Shown here piece after piece: positions 49,377-61,397 of a stretch of 64,000 nucleotides of DNA; position 1 is the first letter of the stretch, and the number at the start of each line of letters is the position of its first letter. Where the stretch lies: positions 119,310 through 183,309 of the forward strand of contig NW_003314352.1 in assembly GCF_000143415.4 (NCBI RefSeq), given 5' to 3'. Both the position numbers and the translations under genes were made by a program. The notes beneath the pieces are model-generated. The model ran no database searches. It was not told the origin of the DNA and worked only from the letters and a program-made list of their open reading frames with translations. The stretch is from Selaginella moellendorffii (lineage: Eukaryota; Plantae; Lycopodiophyta).

Positions 49377-50548
49377 ATGGCAGTGAATGCTAGGCAGTCA
49401 GCTCCGCCTCCTACATTTCTGGGTGCTGGTGCCAAGACAAGGAAAAAGGTGGGATCACTCTGCTCGTCTTGTTCACCGAGTTTTGGCTCCGAGGATCAGG
49501 CTCCTGAGTTTGTGAGAGGCAAGCTTCTTAGTGAACTATCGACTTGGGGCATTGGCGGAGCTGCGCGGCTCTTTGTAGAAGTCCGAAACAGAGAGCAGCT
49601 CGTTTCTTCTATAAGGTATGTTGTTTTTTTTTCACTGTCTCTGTCGTAGTTGAGCATTTCCTTCACAGGCACTGCCGCGAGCACAACCTCAAGTTCCTGG
49701 CTCTGGGAAAAGGATCCAATTGCCTCTTCGACGATCGCGGATTCGACGGCTGTGTAATCCTCAGTCGCATCAACGACATGCACGAGAATGGCTGTGGACG
49801 CTACCGAGTTGGCAGTGGCTATCCTTTCAATCTCCTGGGGATTCACACGTCAAAGCAGGGTTTCGGGGGGCTCGAGTTTGCGTCTGGCATTCCTGGGACT
49901 GTAGGCGGGGCAGTGTTTATGAATGCTGGAGCTGATGGCCAGGTATGTCTTTGATCCTTCCATGTTTTCAAGTAAGTAAAACCCGAGCATCAACTTGTTG
50001 CGTCTAGGAAACAATAGAAGTCCTCGAGGCGGTGGAGTTCGTCGACACGAACGGACAAACACGCGAGCTGCTGAAGAAACAAGGAGAGCTTGCCTGCAGC
50101 TACCGGAAGTCTCCATTCCAGGGAATGCCAGACCTTGGAGCCATTCTCTCCGCCACCTTCCAGCTCCAGCCGTGCCCTCTCTCTCGCGACAGGCAAAGAG
50201 ACTATCTCGCCAGGTGAGAGCTCAGCCTTCTCCCATCACTTCCATCTAACATCACGACCTTCCGGCAGGAGAAAGCAAACCCAGCCAGTGAACGAGCGAA
50301 GCGCAGGGTGTGTGTTTCGAAATCCAGGCAAGGGGTGCCAATCAGCGGGAGCCTTGATAGAGGCCGTGGGGCTCAAAGGGCTGAGGATTGGAGGAGCAAA
50401 GGTGTCCGAGCTTCACGCCAACTTCTTGATCAACACGGGCGGCGCCAAAGCCAGCGACGTCTTGTCCCTCATCTCGGTGATCAAGGACCGCGTGAGAGCC
50501 GAGAGTGGCATCCAGTTGGAGCAGGAAGTACGTTACATCCCGTACTAG
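49377..50548 (+). CDS. murB: UDP-N-acetylenolpyruvoylglucosamine reductase (plastid peptidoglycan pathway), spliced
   Basis: LSTWGIGGAA, LGKGSNCLFDDRGFDG, GLEFASGIPGTVGGAVFMNAGA, YRKSPF, SAGCVFRNP, GGAKVSELHANFLIN, LEQEVRYIPY; transit-like N-terminus; three short introns. Confidence 0.94.
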
Positions 50549-50611
50549 AAGCTCCCTCCTCCACAACCAGGTACACGGGAGAGAGAAAAAGGAAGCTTTC
50601 ATTCTCAATGT

Positions 50612-53600
50612 CTAGTGTTTGCTTTTCTTTTTGTTCATGCTTCCTTCTCCTTCCAAGATGTGAGTGTAATCCTCGGCACTTGCATATAGAGATTTTCTCT
50701 TTGACCCCGTTGATCCATCTTGTGTCCTGTTCTTCGCGCCCCTTCTGTTCTTGTTCTTCGTCTTGTCCTTCGTATCCTCCATGAAGATCTCATCGAACTC
50801 GTCATCATCGGAGCTCTCATCTTCATCGTCGGGTACGTTCTTTGCGCTCTTCTTCTTCTTCTTACTGTTTTTCTTGTCTACAGCCAGAACCTCGGGTAGC
50901 TTCTCGTCGTCGTCGGATGAATCATCGTCGTCGTCCTGTAGATCAAACTCTGCACCCTCCGAGTCATTTTCATCGAGCAGTCTATCGATTTCTTCCTCTC
51001 CCGAATCCCCTTCGTCGTCTACCAAACCAGCATCACCACCTTCTTCATCTTCATCATCGCCTTCTTCATCATCGCTGCTAAGTTCTTCGTCACTTCCAAC
51101 CATGTCGTCATCAAAGTCCTCGAGCGCCTTCTTTTTCTTCTTCACGCGTTTGCCCATAGCCTCGGCCTTTGCGCGGTAAAACCTGTGGAAGATCAGATCC
51201 GATGGAGCAACGTCGTCTTCCGCCAAGGACGCCAACTTCATGCCCACGGGCGCATTTGAAACAGCCTCCTGGAATCAAAGCTTCATGAGTGAAAAGAAGT
51301 AGAAAAAAAAATTGTCACCTTTTTGGTACTGTCAATCCCGATCTTGCGAGCTTTCGGCTTCCTTTCAGCGAAACGATCCAGAAAAGCGGTGAAGGCAAGG
51401 TCCTGAATTGGGTCACCAGAGTAAACAACCGCGGCATTTGAGAGAATCGTTTTGGCCATTGTTGAAACGGATGGATGAATGTGTGATGCGAGGATGGCAA
51501 GCTCCCACCAACAAGTTTGATCAGCTTTACTGCACAGATCATGATGTGAGAATTTTTTTTTTAAAGAAACCCACACTTACCAGTGGAGTGGATCACGATG
51601 TCGAGGATCATAACCTTTCGAGTTACGAGTATATTTCGCAGCTTCGCCCAGCAGCGGACTAGCTTTAGCTGTAGGCATGGCCTGCATTTTCTTCCCAGTT
51701 TCTTTTCTGTTGAATTCAGTCTCGCTGTCACCGTCTTCTCCAAGCGCCGCTGCCATTTCAACGTCTACATCGATCTCTGAATCGCTATCGTCACGCAAAG
51801 GCTCTTTGCTAGCAGCATCTGGCAGCAACGCAGGCACATCTTGGTTCTCCGGTAGTTCCACGTCCTTGAAGTGTTCGATGTCATCGCCTTGGCTTGAAGG
51901 TTCTAAGATAAAGTTCCTGTAAACATTACAAAGCATTAAAAACATGAAAATCTTTGAAACAGAATGAGCATCGCCCACCATAGAATGTGTTTGGCCTTCA
52001 ACACCTCTGACAAAAGCACCAGAAAAGCGCATCCTAGCTCGGGCGATTGGTGTACAGCTACCTGAAATAGACCCTGAAAACGCCACAAAAAAACTATCTT
52101 GAAGATACCTGCATGAGGCGCTTTATAAATCCACAAGTCCGACTCGTGCTTACGTCGGACCTCAGAACCTTAAAAACTAGAGCAAGATACATCTCAATCT
52201 GAAACGCCACATATTAAAACATCTCTAGCAACAGTTCCTCGAGGAATCTCACCTTAGAAGATTTTAGAAGCGCAGGCGAAAGCATAACAGAATAAAGAGC
52301 ACGGTAGAAACGTTCGCTGACGGTTTGATGCTTAGCGAGAATCTGATGCAAAAGGAGAAGAGCTTGCACTGCGACATTAAAATTTGTAGAGTGTGCCTAA
52401 ACAAAAGGATTAATACGCCATTTAGATCGACAAGAAAATCCTTACCAGAAGGAACAAGGACGGCGTGTGTTCCTCGATAATGTTTTCAGCGCTGTCCTCG
52501 GTTACGAATCGAAAAGCCTTGTTTACTCCCTACAGTACACAGTAGAAAAGGTACAAGGATGCCGTGAGCAAGACTTACTGTCAAAAGTGACGATATTAAT
52601 CGCGAATCGAGAGCTGAAGCTTCGCTGTTGGAATTATCTTCATTTGTAGCGCCCTCAGACTGCTTTCGTGGTTTCTTTTGCGGATTTGTATCTTTCTTCA
52701 TTCCACGACTGGTGATGGTCTAAGCATTCAAAATTGATCCTTTCAAGAAGAAACAGACAGCCAAGCATACCTTAAACATTACAAAATAAATGTCGATCAG
52801 CTGTTTCGCAAGATTTGGGCCTTCGCCTTTATAGCTTAGTCGTAATTGGTTCATGAACACGGACTAGGAAATAGGACAGATTAGTAACATTTTGCAATTT
52901 GAAAACGAAAAGAGCAAACAAGTAAATTACAGCATAGTAAATTGCGCGCATTCCAAGATTTGGCCGAAACATAAATGCCTCCACTTCGTTCAACACTACT
53001 TTCTGCAACAAAAGTATGAGCCACTAGCTCAAATGAATCTGAGGTATCAGTTACCGTCATATTGGGATGTTCTTTCAAAAGGCACGACAGAAAATAACCA
53101 GCATTGGAGGCAGCCTTTCTCTCAGGATCACCAAGCTGCCCATAACGAGCGTAAACAATGCAGTGAAATAACTGTAAGTAATACCTTGTTAACGACAGCT
53201 GAGAGCAGCTTCTTTTCTTGTTCCGGCTTCGCCTTCAAGAGTTCGTACAGAGTCTATGGAAACTATTCTTAAGCGGGAAAATGTAGAATTTCATCGAACG
53301 AGTACCTTCACTGTTTTCAGCTTAAGGTAGACAAGCGCATCTTTGGTTCCCTCTATAACAGCATTCACGAACTTCTCGTACCTGAATAAAAAAAATCGGT
53401 CAGTGAGCAAGCAGGGCAACAGATGAAAAATCACAGAACACCTCTCTTTAATGCAATCCTCCCAAAACCACCACAAAAGGAGAATTGCACCTTCTTTGGT
53501 TTCAGGCAAAGTCGCGAGAGGTTGCCGAGCAAAATATGTTAGTTTCCGATCTGGCAACAAGCTGACGCCTGGTTAAGTTAAAATCTCAAGAGGAAAACAA

Positions 53601-54390
53601 TCAAACTTGGAAGCTACCTCATGATAAACAATTCTTTCAACACGTCTAGCCCGGATAAGGCGTGTCGTTTGCCTCCCTTCGAGGTAACCATTGCTGAAAA
53701 AGAAGCGTTACCACAAACCTAAGACACACACTCGAACCAATACTTACCGAGAAGCGAGTCCAGCGTCTGAAGATTTGCCACAGGATTTTCCTGGATCAAG
53801 ATAGTCATGGCAGCAACTTTGTCTCCAGAAGTTCCCGACCTGCGAGCGGATTGGATCATCCTCATGTCACTGCTGTTCCGCCTTGATCTCTCGAACTCCA
53901 CCGCAACCAGCTGGAGCAATGCCTCGGCCTCCTTGCGTTTCAGCTGGACAAAACCATCAGCCACCTCTTTCTCCGGTTCCACGAACTGGATAGCCGACGA
54001 AATCCCCGCGGCAGTCTCGTACCATTTCTCGCCACTTCCGGCCCAGCGCGAAAGCGAGTGAACGACATCCTTCCCAAACCTGACCTTGGCTACGCTCACA
54101 TTTACTTTCTTCGCCTCGTTCTTCCAGTCCTCGGCCCTTGGCTTCGGTGGAGGCCATTTCCTAGCTTGAGAGCCCGCATTTCTACCATCTCTTCTACTGT
54201 TACCTCCGGTTTCCTTCTTCTTCCTGGGGATCCTCTGGGATTTCTCTGCCTTGTCGGGATTTCTGGCGGTGCCGCGCTTCAGAGGCCCCTTCTTCCGGAA
54301 ATCCGCATCATTGAAGCCCACCTGCGACGAGGCGAGCCCCAAATTCGCAGCGAACGAGGCGACATCGGCTTTCAGCTCCTCGTCAGTCAT
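50612..54390 (-). CDS. NOC1: NOC1/MAK21/CEBPZ ribosome biogenesis factor (SWA2/EDA25-like), multi-exon
   Basis: DVASFAANLGL..GFNDADF; SGTSGDKVAAMT; FRPNLGMRAIYYA; DSRLISSLLT; GYDPRHRDP; CWWEL..HIHPSV..YSGDPIQDL..FLDRF; acidic tail; YASAEDY. Confidence 0.92.
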
Positions 54391-54396
54391 TCCTTA

Positions 54397-54420
54397 AACC
54401 CTAGTCTATAAACCCTAAAA
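54397..54420. promoter_or_regulatory. Tandem telo-boxes (AAACCCTA x2) immediately upstream of NOC1
   Basis: AAACCCTAGTCTATAAACCCTAAAA. Telo-boxes are typical of plant ribosome-biogenesis and translation genes. Confidence 0.55.
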
Positions 54421-54506
54421 CAAGGAATATACTATTTCTTAAAGGACCAGCGGGGCTAAAATCATATTCTTCTAGGGCTAAGTCGGCCATTTTTATTTTT
54501 ATTGGA

Positions 54507-54955
54507 CTGCGTGTGTGTGGGCACTCTTCTCTCTCTCGCGCGCGCCAAGCTTCGCTCGTCTCAAAGATGGTGTTCTTCTTCCTCTTCTTTGCGGTGGTTA
54601 TCGTGGTGGATTTTTCTGCCCTTTTCTTGGTCCACAAGGAGTGGAAGCTCGCCAAGAGGACATCCCTCGCTGCAGCCCAGGAAATCTCTTCAATCGCTAT
54701 TGACATCGACGCTCTTGTTGAGGTGAGTTTAAGGGTCTTTCTCTCTTGAATCTTGATTCTCTGTTTCCCTCTTTCCTTTTTTTTGTTCTTGCTCGTTAAC
54801 CTCTTTTCTGCGCAGGGGGCCGCCCGAGCTGCAGCTCATTCTCCGTGATGACGAAAAGGTGGTGGAGCTACAGGAACTCGCCCAAAGCTCGGGCAACCTT
54901 GGGCATGGAAGTCACCTCAATTGATTAAAACTTTGGCCTGACATTTTGGAAGATC
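54507..54955 (+). pseudogene. Truncated inverted copy of the 39809-40971 gene (exons 1-2, about 1 kb deleted)
   Basis: MVFFFLFFAVVIVVDFSALFLVHKEWKLAKRTSLAAAQEIS.. matches 40971-40815. Homology jumps from about 40590 to about 39612. Confidence 0.8.
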
Positions 54956-55034
54956 ATATAGATCCACAGGTAAAAGTTTCGAAAACAAGTTACAATGTCT
55001 GACTTCCCGTGTTACTCTTTAGGACACGAGCAAG

Positions 55035-58000
55035 TTACGTTCCTCCCAGAGAAGCAATGTTGGACAAGACTACGTACGTTGCAGCATCCTCGGGCTGGCG
55101 CGCGAGAATTCTCTCCACTGCTCGCTTCCCACGCTCCGAGTCTCCATGGATCCCGCACGCAGCTAGGAAGCTCGTCCAGAGAACGACGAGAGGGTCATCA
55201 CCACTGCCACCACTACTTCGGGATGATGAAAGCTCCTGCCTCCTGTTTCTAAGTTTGACGGCCACCATCTCCTCGGCCTCGTCCAGCAATCCAGCCCGGC
55301 CGAGCACGTCGATCACGCAGCAGTAGTGTGTAGCCGATGGAGTAAGGCCGTGATCCGTGCTCATGGAGCTCAACTGGTAGCAGCAGGCCTCCACGAATCC
55401 GGCATGACTCAGTGTGGAGAGAACGCTCACGAAAGTCACCAAGTCCGGATCAATGCCCGATAGCCGCATGCACTCGAGCACTCGGATCACTTCGCTCGGC
55501 CTTGCGCCGTGGGCCAACGCCGTGGCCAGTCCGTTCCAAGCCAGCAAGCTTTTCTCGTGTGGCACTAGCGTCAGGAACGTTTCCACTGCGGCTTCCAGCT
55601 TTCCACACTTTCCAAACAGGTTGATGCCGGCTGCTGCGACTTCTGCTCCAAATCCTGCCCGGACTGCCTCGGAGAAAACACGTTGGCCAAGCTCGAGCTC
55701 CGAGTTGGCGGTGCATGCATTCAGGACCGCAACGAATGTGAGGCTGTCGGGAGCAACTTTGGAGTCTTTCATCCGCTGGAACAAGTCGAAAACTCTCTGG
55801 AACTCGCCATAGTGCGACAGGGCCGAGATCATCGCATTCCAAGACACCACATCAGGCTGCTGTATCGTGCCGAAAGTCGTCGCCGCGTCCTCGAGGCTTC
55901 CACATTCCGAGTACATGTGAACCAAGGCTGTTGCGACGATAAGATCCAGGCTGCCGCTGCTCTCCCTGGCAAGTTGATGAAGAATCCTTCCATGAGTTAG
56001 ATCCTCTCGGCTCTGCTTGCAAACGCCTAGGATGGTGATGAAGGTATAGTTGTCAGGTCTGGAGTCGCTCTCCAGCAGCATATGTCGAAACAGGCACCGG
56101 CATTCCCTGCTTTCTCCGACTTGAGCACAGGCCGACAGGATGGAGTTCCAGCTGACAACGTTGCGAGTCCACATCCTAGAGAAGATCTCACGGGCCTCCC
56201 TCAAGTTTCCCAGTTTGGCATGCACGCTCAGAGCGGCATTTCCAACCACGAGCTCTCGATCTTGTCCAAGTTCGACGCAGCACCGGTATACCCGCATCAC
56301 GCTCTTGAGTTCATCAGCTTCAAGTTCCACTTTCGAGCAAGCAGTCAGCACGGCAGCCATTGTCACCTTGTTTGGAGCTTCACCCTGGAGCTGCATGAGT
56401 TGGAAATACAGCAGCGCTTCTCCAAAGAAACCGTGCTGCCCGTAGGCGGAGACCATGGCAGTCCAGCAAACAACGTTGCGGTCTCCAAGGCTGAGTGTTT
56501 CAAATACGCAACGTGCCTCCTCCAGCCTTCCGCACTTGCTGTAAGTGTCGAGCAGTGCAGTGGCTACGAACGTATCTCGAGCGTAACCACGCTGGATTAT
56601 ATGGCCGTGTAGTCCCTCCACAACCGGTCGAGCTTCTAAAGTGGNNNNNNNNNNNNNNNNNNNNNNNNNNNNNNNNNNNNNNNNNNNNNNNNNNNNNNNN
56701 NNNNNNNNNNNNNNNNNNNNNNNNNNNNNNNNNNNNNNNNNNNNNNNNNNNNNNNNNNNNNNNNNNNNNNNNNNNNNNNNNNNNNNNNNNNNNNNNNNNN
56801 NNNNNNNNNNNNNNNNNNNNNNNNNNNNNNNNNNNNNNNNNNNNNNNNNNNNNNNNNNNNNNNNNNNNNNNNNNNNNNNNNNNNNNNNNNNNNNNNNNNN
56901 NNNNNNNNNNNNNNNNNNNNNNNNNNNNNNNNNNNNNNNNNNNNNNNNNNNNNTACTGTGGCTGAGGCTTCTAGGTTTCCACACTTGCCATACATTCCCA
57001 TGATGGCAGCGGCTAGCTCTACCTCGTCGCCAAGCTCTACAACACAAGCATGGATCAGTTTGCTCTTGAGAAAGAACTTTGAGTTTGAACAAACCTTAAG
57101 CATCGCTAGCAACGTAATCTTGTCCGGTAGAAAACCTTGGAGCTGCATCTGCTGGAACAAGTTGATAGCTTCTTCGTAGTGTGCATAATGTACGTAGGCT
57201 CCGATGATAGTGTTCCAGGAAATTAGATCCTTGCGAATTTCTGCAAACACTCGGACTGCCTCTTCCAAGCTCCCACACCTCGCGTACATGTTCATGACAG
57301 CGTTCATGAGGCTGGCGAGGCCCCCGAGTCCCAGTTCTCGAGCGTGAGAATGGACCATCCTGCCCACGGCGAGGAAACAAGAGCGATCCAAGGCGTCAAC
57401 AATCGTCAGCAGAGTCACTCTATCCGGCTTGATTCCCTCCAGCTGCATGAGTCCGAAGTACTGCATCGTCGTAGCACTGTGTCCTTGCTTCGTGCTCGCA
57501 GCCATCCTTCGTGTCCACAAGACAACGCTGTCGTGGTGAGGAGCATAGTTGAACAGCACGTCCAGATTCTGGCCCTTGGAGTAGAGGCTAAAGATTGCTG
57601 CTTCCACCCGGACGTCTGCATGGAATCCTTTCTCGATAGCCTGCTCGTGAAGAACCCGGCCCTGTTCCAAATCCCCGAGACCACTGCAAGCGTTGAGAGC
57701 CTTGACAAAGCTCGACCTGTCCGGCACCACGTCCATCTCCTGAAAGAGCCTCAGCACTTCTGAGTAGTCAAACCTCCGCATATAAACGTCCATCATCGCA
57801 TTCCAAGTTCTCACGTCCTTGGCGAGAACACCCTCAAAAACCTGTCGCGCATGGCCAAAATCCGGAAGCATTGAGACGAGAGCAGTCCCAACGATGGTCT
57901 CGCTGTCCCGGCCAGTCTCCACGGCGATGGAGTGGAGTAAGCGAGAGGCTCGGCCTCGATCTTCCAGATTCCCGCAAACGCTGATCACCGTCGCGAGAGT

Positions 58001-58444
58001 GGGACTATCCGGAGGAACTCCTTCCAGCAGCATGGTGTGAAAAACCGAGAAAGCCGAGTGGAAGTGGAATTCTCGAGCGAGAGCGCCTATCATGCTGGTC
58101 CATGGAACCGGGCCGCGGTTGGGCATTTTGTAGAAGGAGCGCTGGGCCTCGTCGGGGCGACCACAGGCGAGATACATGACCACAAGCCTGTTTCCAAGGA
58201 ACACGTTAGAATCCAGCGCGAGGTTGGAGATGCGAGCATGAACCAGCAGACCTTGGTGGAGATCCTTGCTCGCGGCGCAGGCATCCAGGAGCTGCGCATA
58301 GTCGTCGGGCGATATTTCGGCCCGCCTCTCGACAGACGATCCATGATGAAATTCAGTGCTGTGGGCAGCATTGGAGAAATCTTGTCCCGGAGATCGATTC
58401 CTCAAGGATAGGATTCCTGAGAATCGAGACTTACTGCGCAGCAT
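55035..58444 (-). CDS. Long PLS-E PPR protein spanning an assembly gap
   Basis: PLS repeats on both sides of the N-run 56645-56953; ends HYCCVIDVLGRAG..LWTSFLAAC..TYVVLSNI. Confidence 0.88.
56645..56953. other. Assembly gap (N-run)
   Basis: 309 N. Confidence 1.
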
Positions 58445-58505
58445 TCGCTAGCTCATCGCCGCCCTCCCTCCAAATGCCGGATCGACTTGAAAATGCCGCT
58501 CCGCA

Positions 58506-58533
58506 TAAACCCTAACGTAGGGTTTACCACGTG
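58506..58533. promoter_or_regulatory. Inverted telo-box pair plus G-box in the divergent PPR/PrxIIE promoter
   Basis: TAAACCCTA-ACG-TAGGGTTTA immediately followed by CCACGTG. Confidence 0.5.
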
Positions 58534-58729
58534 TCACGCTTGAATTTGGCCACGTAGAGAAGATATTCCCATCGCATATTTTTCTCCTCCTCCGCTGTTC
58601 TTGGGCTTTTTCGTCGTCGCAAGGGCTACATCGTTCGTTCGCGGGGCGGAGGTAAAAGCCGCAGCTTTTAGGTCTTCGTTCGCTCGATTGATTGCTACAT
58701 TCTTTCGCAGAATCTCCGATAATCTGTCC

Positions 58730-59759
58730 ATGGCGTCGCTAGCTGCCGCCGTCGTGCCATCGCTCGTCGCGTCCTCGTCCAGGCCCCAAATCTGCCACGC
58801 TCTCCTCGCCACTGGGCGACAATTCCTCAGGCAGCGCTCGTCCGCGCTCCAGGCATCGCCATCCCTGTACAGTAGAAGCTCCGTCTATGGGGCGACCATC
58901 TCCAGGGCGCCATCGCGGAGCCTCGCCACAGCCGCGGCGGTCGGCACCACCACCACAAAGCCGAGCATCGCGGTCGGGGAGAGGATTCCCGATGGAGAGC
59001 TCTCCTACTTCGACGAGAGCGGCGCCATCCAGAGCATCAAGGTGTCGGACCTGACGAGCAAGAAGAAGGTGGTGATCTTCNNNNNNNNNNNNNNNNNNNN
59101 NNNNNNNNNNNNNNNNNNNNNNNNNNNNNNNNNNNNNNNNNNNNNNNNNNNNNNNNNNNNNNNNNNNNNNNNNNNNNNNNNNNNNNNNNNNNNNNNNNNN
59201 NNNNNNNNNNNNNNNNNNNNNNNNNNNNNNNNNNNNNNNNNNNNNNNNNNNNNNNNNNNNNNNNNNNNNNNNNNNNNNNNNNNNNNNNNNNNNNNNNNNN
59301 NNNNNNNNNNNNNNNNNNNNNNNNNNNNNNNNNNNNNNNNNNNNNNNNNNNNNNNNNNNNNNNNNNNNNNNNNNNNNNNNNNNNNNNNNNNNNNNNNNNN
59401 NNNNNNNNNNNNNNNNNNNNNNNNNNNNNNNNNNNNNNNNNNNNNNNNNNNNNNNNNNNNNNNNNNNNNNNNNNNNNNNNNNNNNNGCCTGCGTCTCCGT
59501 GAACGATGCCTTCGTCATGAAGTCGTGGGGCGAGGCGCTGGGCGTCAATGGCAAGATCCTCATGCTGTCCGACGGCAATGGCAAGTTTACCCGCGATCTG
59601 GGAGTGACCGTGGATCTTTCGGACAAGGTGGAGGGATTGGGAGTGAGGTCCCGGCGCTACTCGCTACTGGCCGAGGATGGGATCGTCAAGGTGTTGAATC
59701 TCGAGGAGGGTGGTGCCTACACGGTGAGCAGCGCCGACGAGATCCTCAAGGCACTCTAA
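58730..59759 (+). CDS. PRXIIE: Plastid type II peroxiredoxin (PrxIIE-like), catalytic region hidden in a gap
   Basis: Transit peptide; [22 protein letters not shown][gap][50 protein letters not shown]. Confidence 0.9.
59081..59486. other. Assembly gap (N-run)
   Basis: 406 N. Confidence 1.
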
Positions 59760-59961
59760 GCTCCAAGAGCTACATACGAGGTGATAGAACTCCGTTTTAC
59801 TTCGTTTTTGGCTTTGATAGATGATCGAGCGAGCCTAGAGTTGGAAGCTTTCTTTCGCAAAATAAAGACTTTTAGCAGGACGATGAAGTTCTTGCGTGAT
59901 CATCGGAAGTTTCTTTCGAATCAAAGAATGGCTTTTATTTCCTTGCGAGATCACGAAACAA

Positions 59962-61094
59962 TCAGCATCCATGTTGTCCAGCAGCCGCTCGATCCACGTA
60001 CCATACCAGGTTTCCATCATGAGGCAAGATCATCTGCGCCGGCAACTCCCCAGCCGGGAGCTCCTCCCCGAAAACTCGCGCCACCATCTCCGCCTTGGAG
60101 GCCCCCGACGCGACGAACACGACGTTGGCGGCCGCGTTGATCACCGGCAGCGTCATGGTGATGCGCTGGGGTGGCGGCTTTGGCGAATCGGCGATGGAGC
60201 ACACCCATCGCTGCCTCTCCTGGATCAGCGGATGGTTTGGGAAGAGCGACGCGATGTGGCCGTCGGGTCCCATCCCCAGGAGGATGAGATCGAATCGGGG
60301 AAGTCCCTGCTGCGATGTGTCGAGGATCCCCGTCTGGATGGAATGCGCGATCAAGGCCTGGTAGTCGTCGGCGGCGGCCTCGGCGTCGAGAGCGTCATTG
60401 ATGGAGTAGACTTGAGACACTGGAATCGTCACCTTGGATGATCCAAGAAGAAAAAACCAAGTGTTGGAAGCTAGCTGCAAAGATTCTGGAGGAATTCTCT
60501 ACCTTGGAGAGGAAGAGATCGTGCGCGAGCTTGTAGCTGCTGTCCGGATCATCCTTGCGGACCACGCGCTCGTCCACCCAGAAGACATGCCATCGGCTCC
60601 AATCGATCTGGTCCACGACCGGCGCTTGCGCAAGCTTCCTGAATCGATCGATCCCTCGTGAATTTCGCCGAACAAAAGGAGATCATCACTTACGTGAGGG
60701 CCGAGACGAGCGATCCTCCCGACAGCACAACAGTGAATGCGCCCTTCCTCTCGATCGATGCAGCCGAGAGCTTGCTGATGTGATCCGCCAGCCCCTCGGC
60801 GAGCTTGCCGCCGTCGTCGAATGCCTTCAAATGCAGCGAGGGATCGAGCTTGGGCGCCATTACACCGGACGAAGAGGACGAGAAAGAAGACGCGCCCCCA
60901 AAAGATCCAAGAACCCTAGGAGCTCTCCTGGCCGGCAAGCTGGATCGCTTTTCCGCGAGAAACGTTGCGCGAGCAGGGATTTCGACACGAAATCGCGGCG
61001 ACAAGCCACGATCGCGATGGCAATGGGGAGAATCGAAGTAGGCGAGGATCGATTGGGACTGCCGGGGAGAAGAAAGAGCGTGTGGCAGTGGCAT
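59962..61094 (-). CDS. PGL: 6-phosphogluconolactonase, 3 exons
   Basis: GAFTVVLSGGSL, DWSRWHVFWVDERVV, FDLILLGMGPDGHIASLFP, DSPKPPPQRITMTLPVIN, LPAQMI. Second in-frame ATG at 60860. Confidence 0.92.
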
Positions 61095-61397
61095 GGTGGT
61101 CAGCGCTTCTTCAGCCTAGGACCATTGACGACGAAGGTAAACGAATATACAGTGAGCCTGTAGAATATGCGATCTTCTTTTAAAGGAGCCCTAAAGTGTG
61201 AAATGAAAACTAAAGGCAATTGAATTGAAAGAGACAAATCAATCACTTCTGGCCTTGCTGGCTGCTGTAAGTGTAAAGGTAGCCAGTAAGCCAGTATAGC
61301 GAGCGCCAGAGATTGGACGGACGAGATCGCGCGAGAGCTACATCCTGTGGCGTCAGTCTATCCAACAACAAAATGCCAGCACCAACCCGCAAAAGGA

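Noticed and set aside
49377-50548. Bacterial contamination suggested by murB
   Set aside because: The gene has spliceosomal GT-AG introns and a transit-like leader and is contiguous with plant genes.
58730-61094. Functional redox cluster of PrxIIE and PGL
   Set aside because: Adjacency of two plastid redox-related genes is unremarkable at this gene density, and the sequence gives no evidence of co-regulation.
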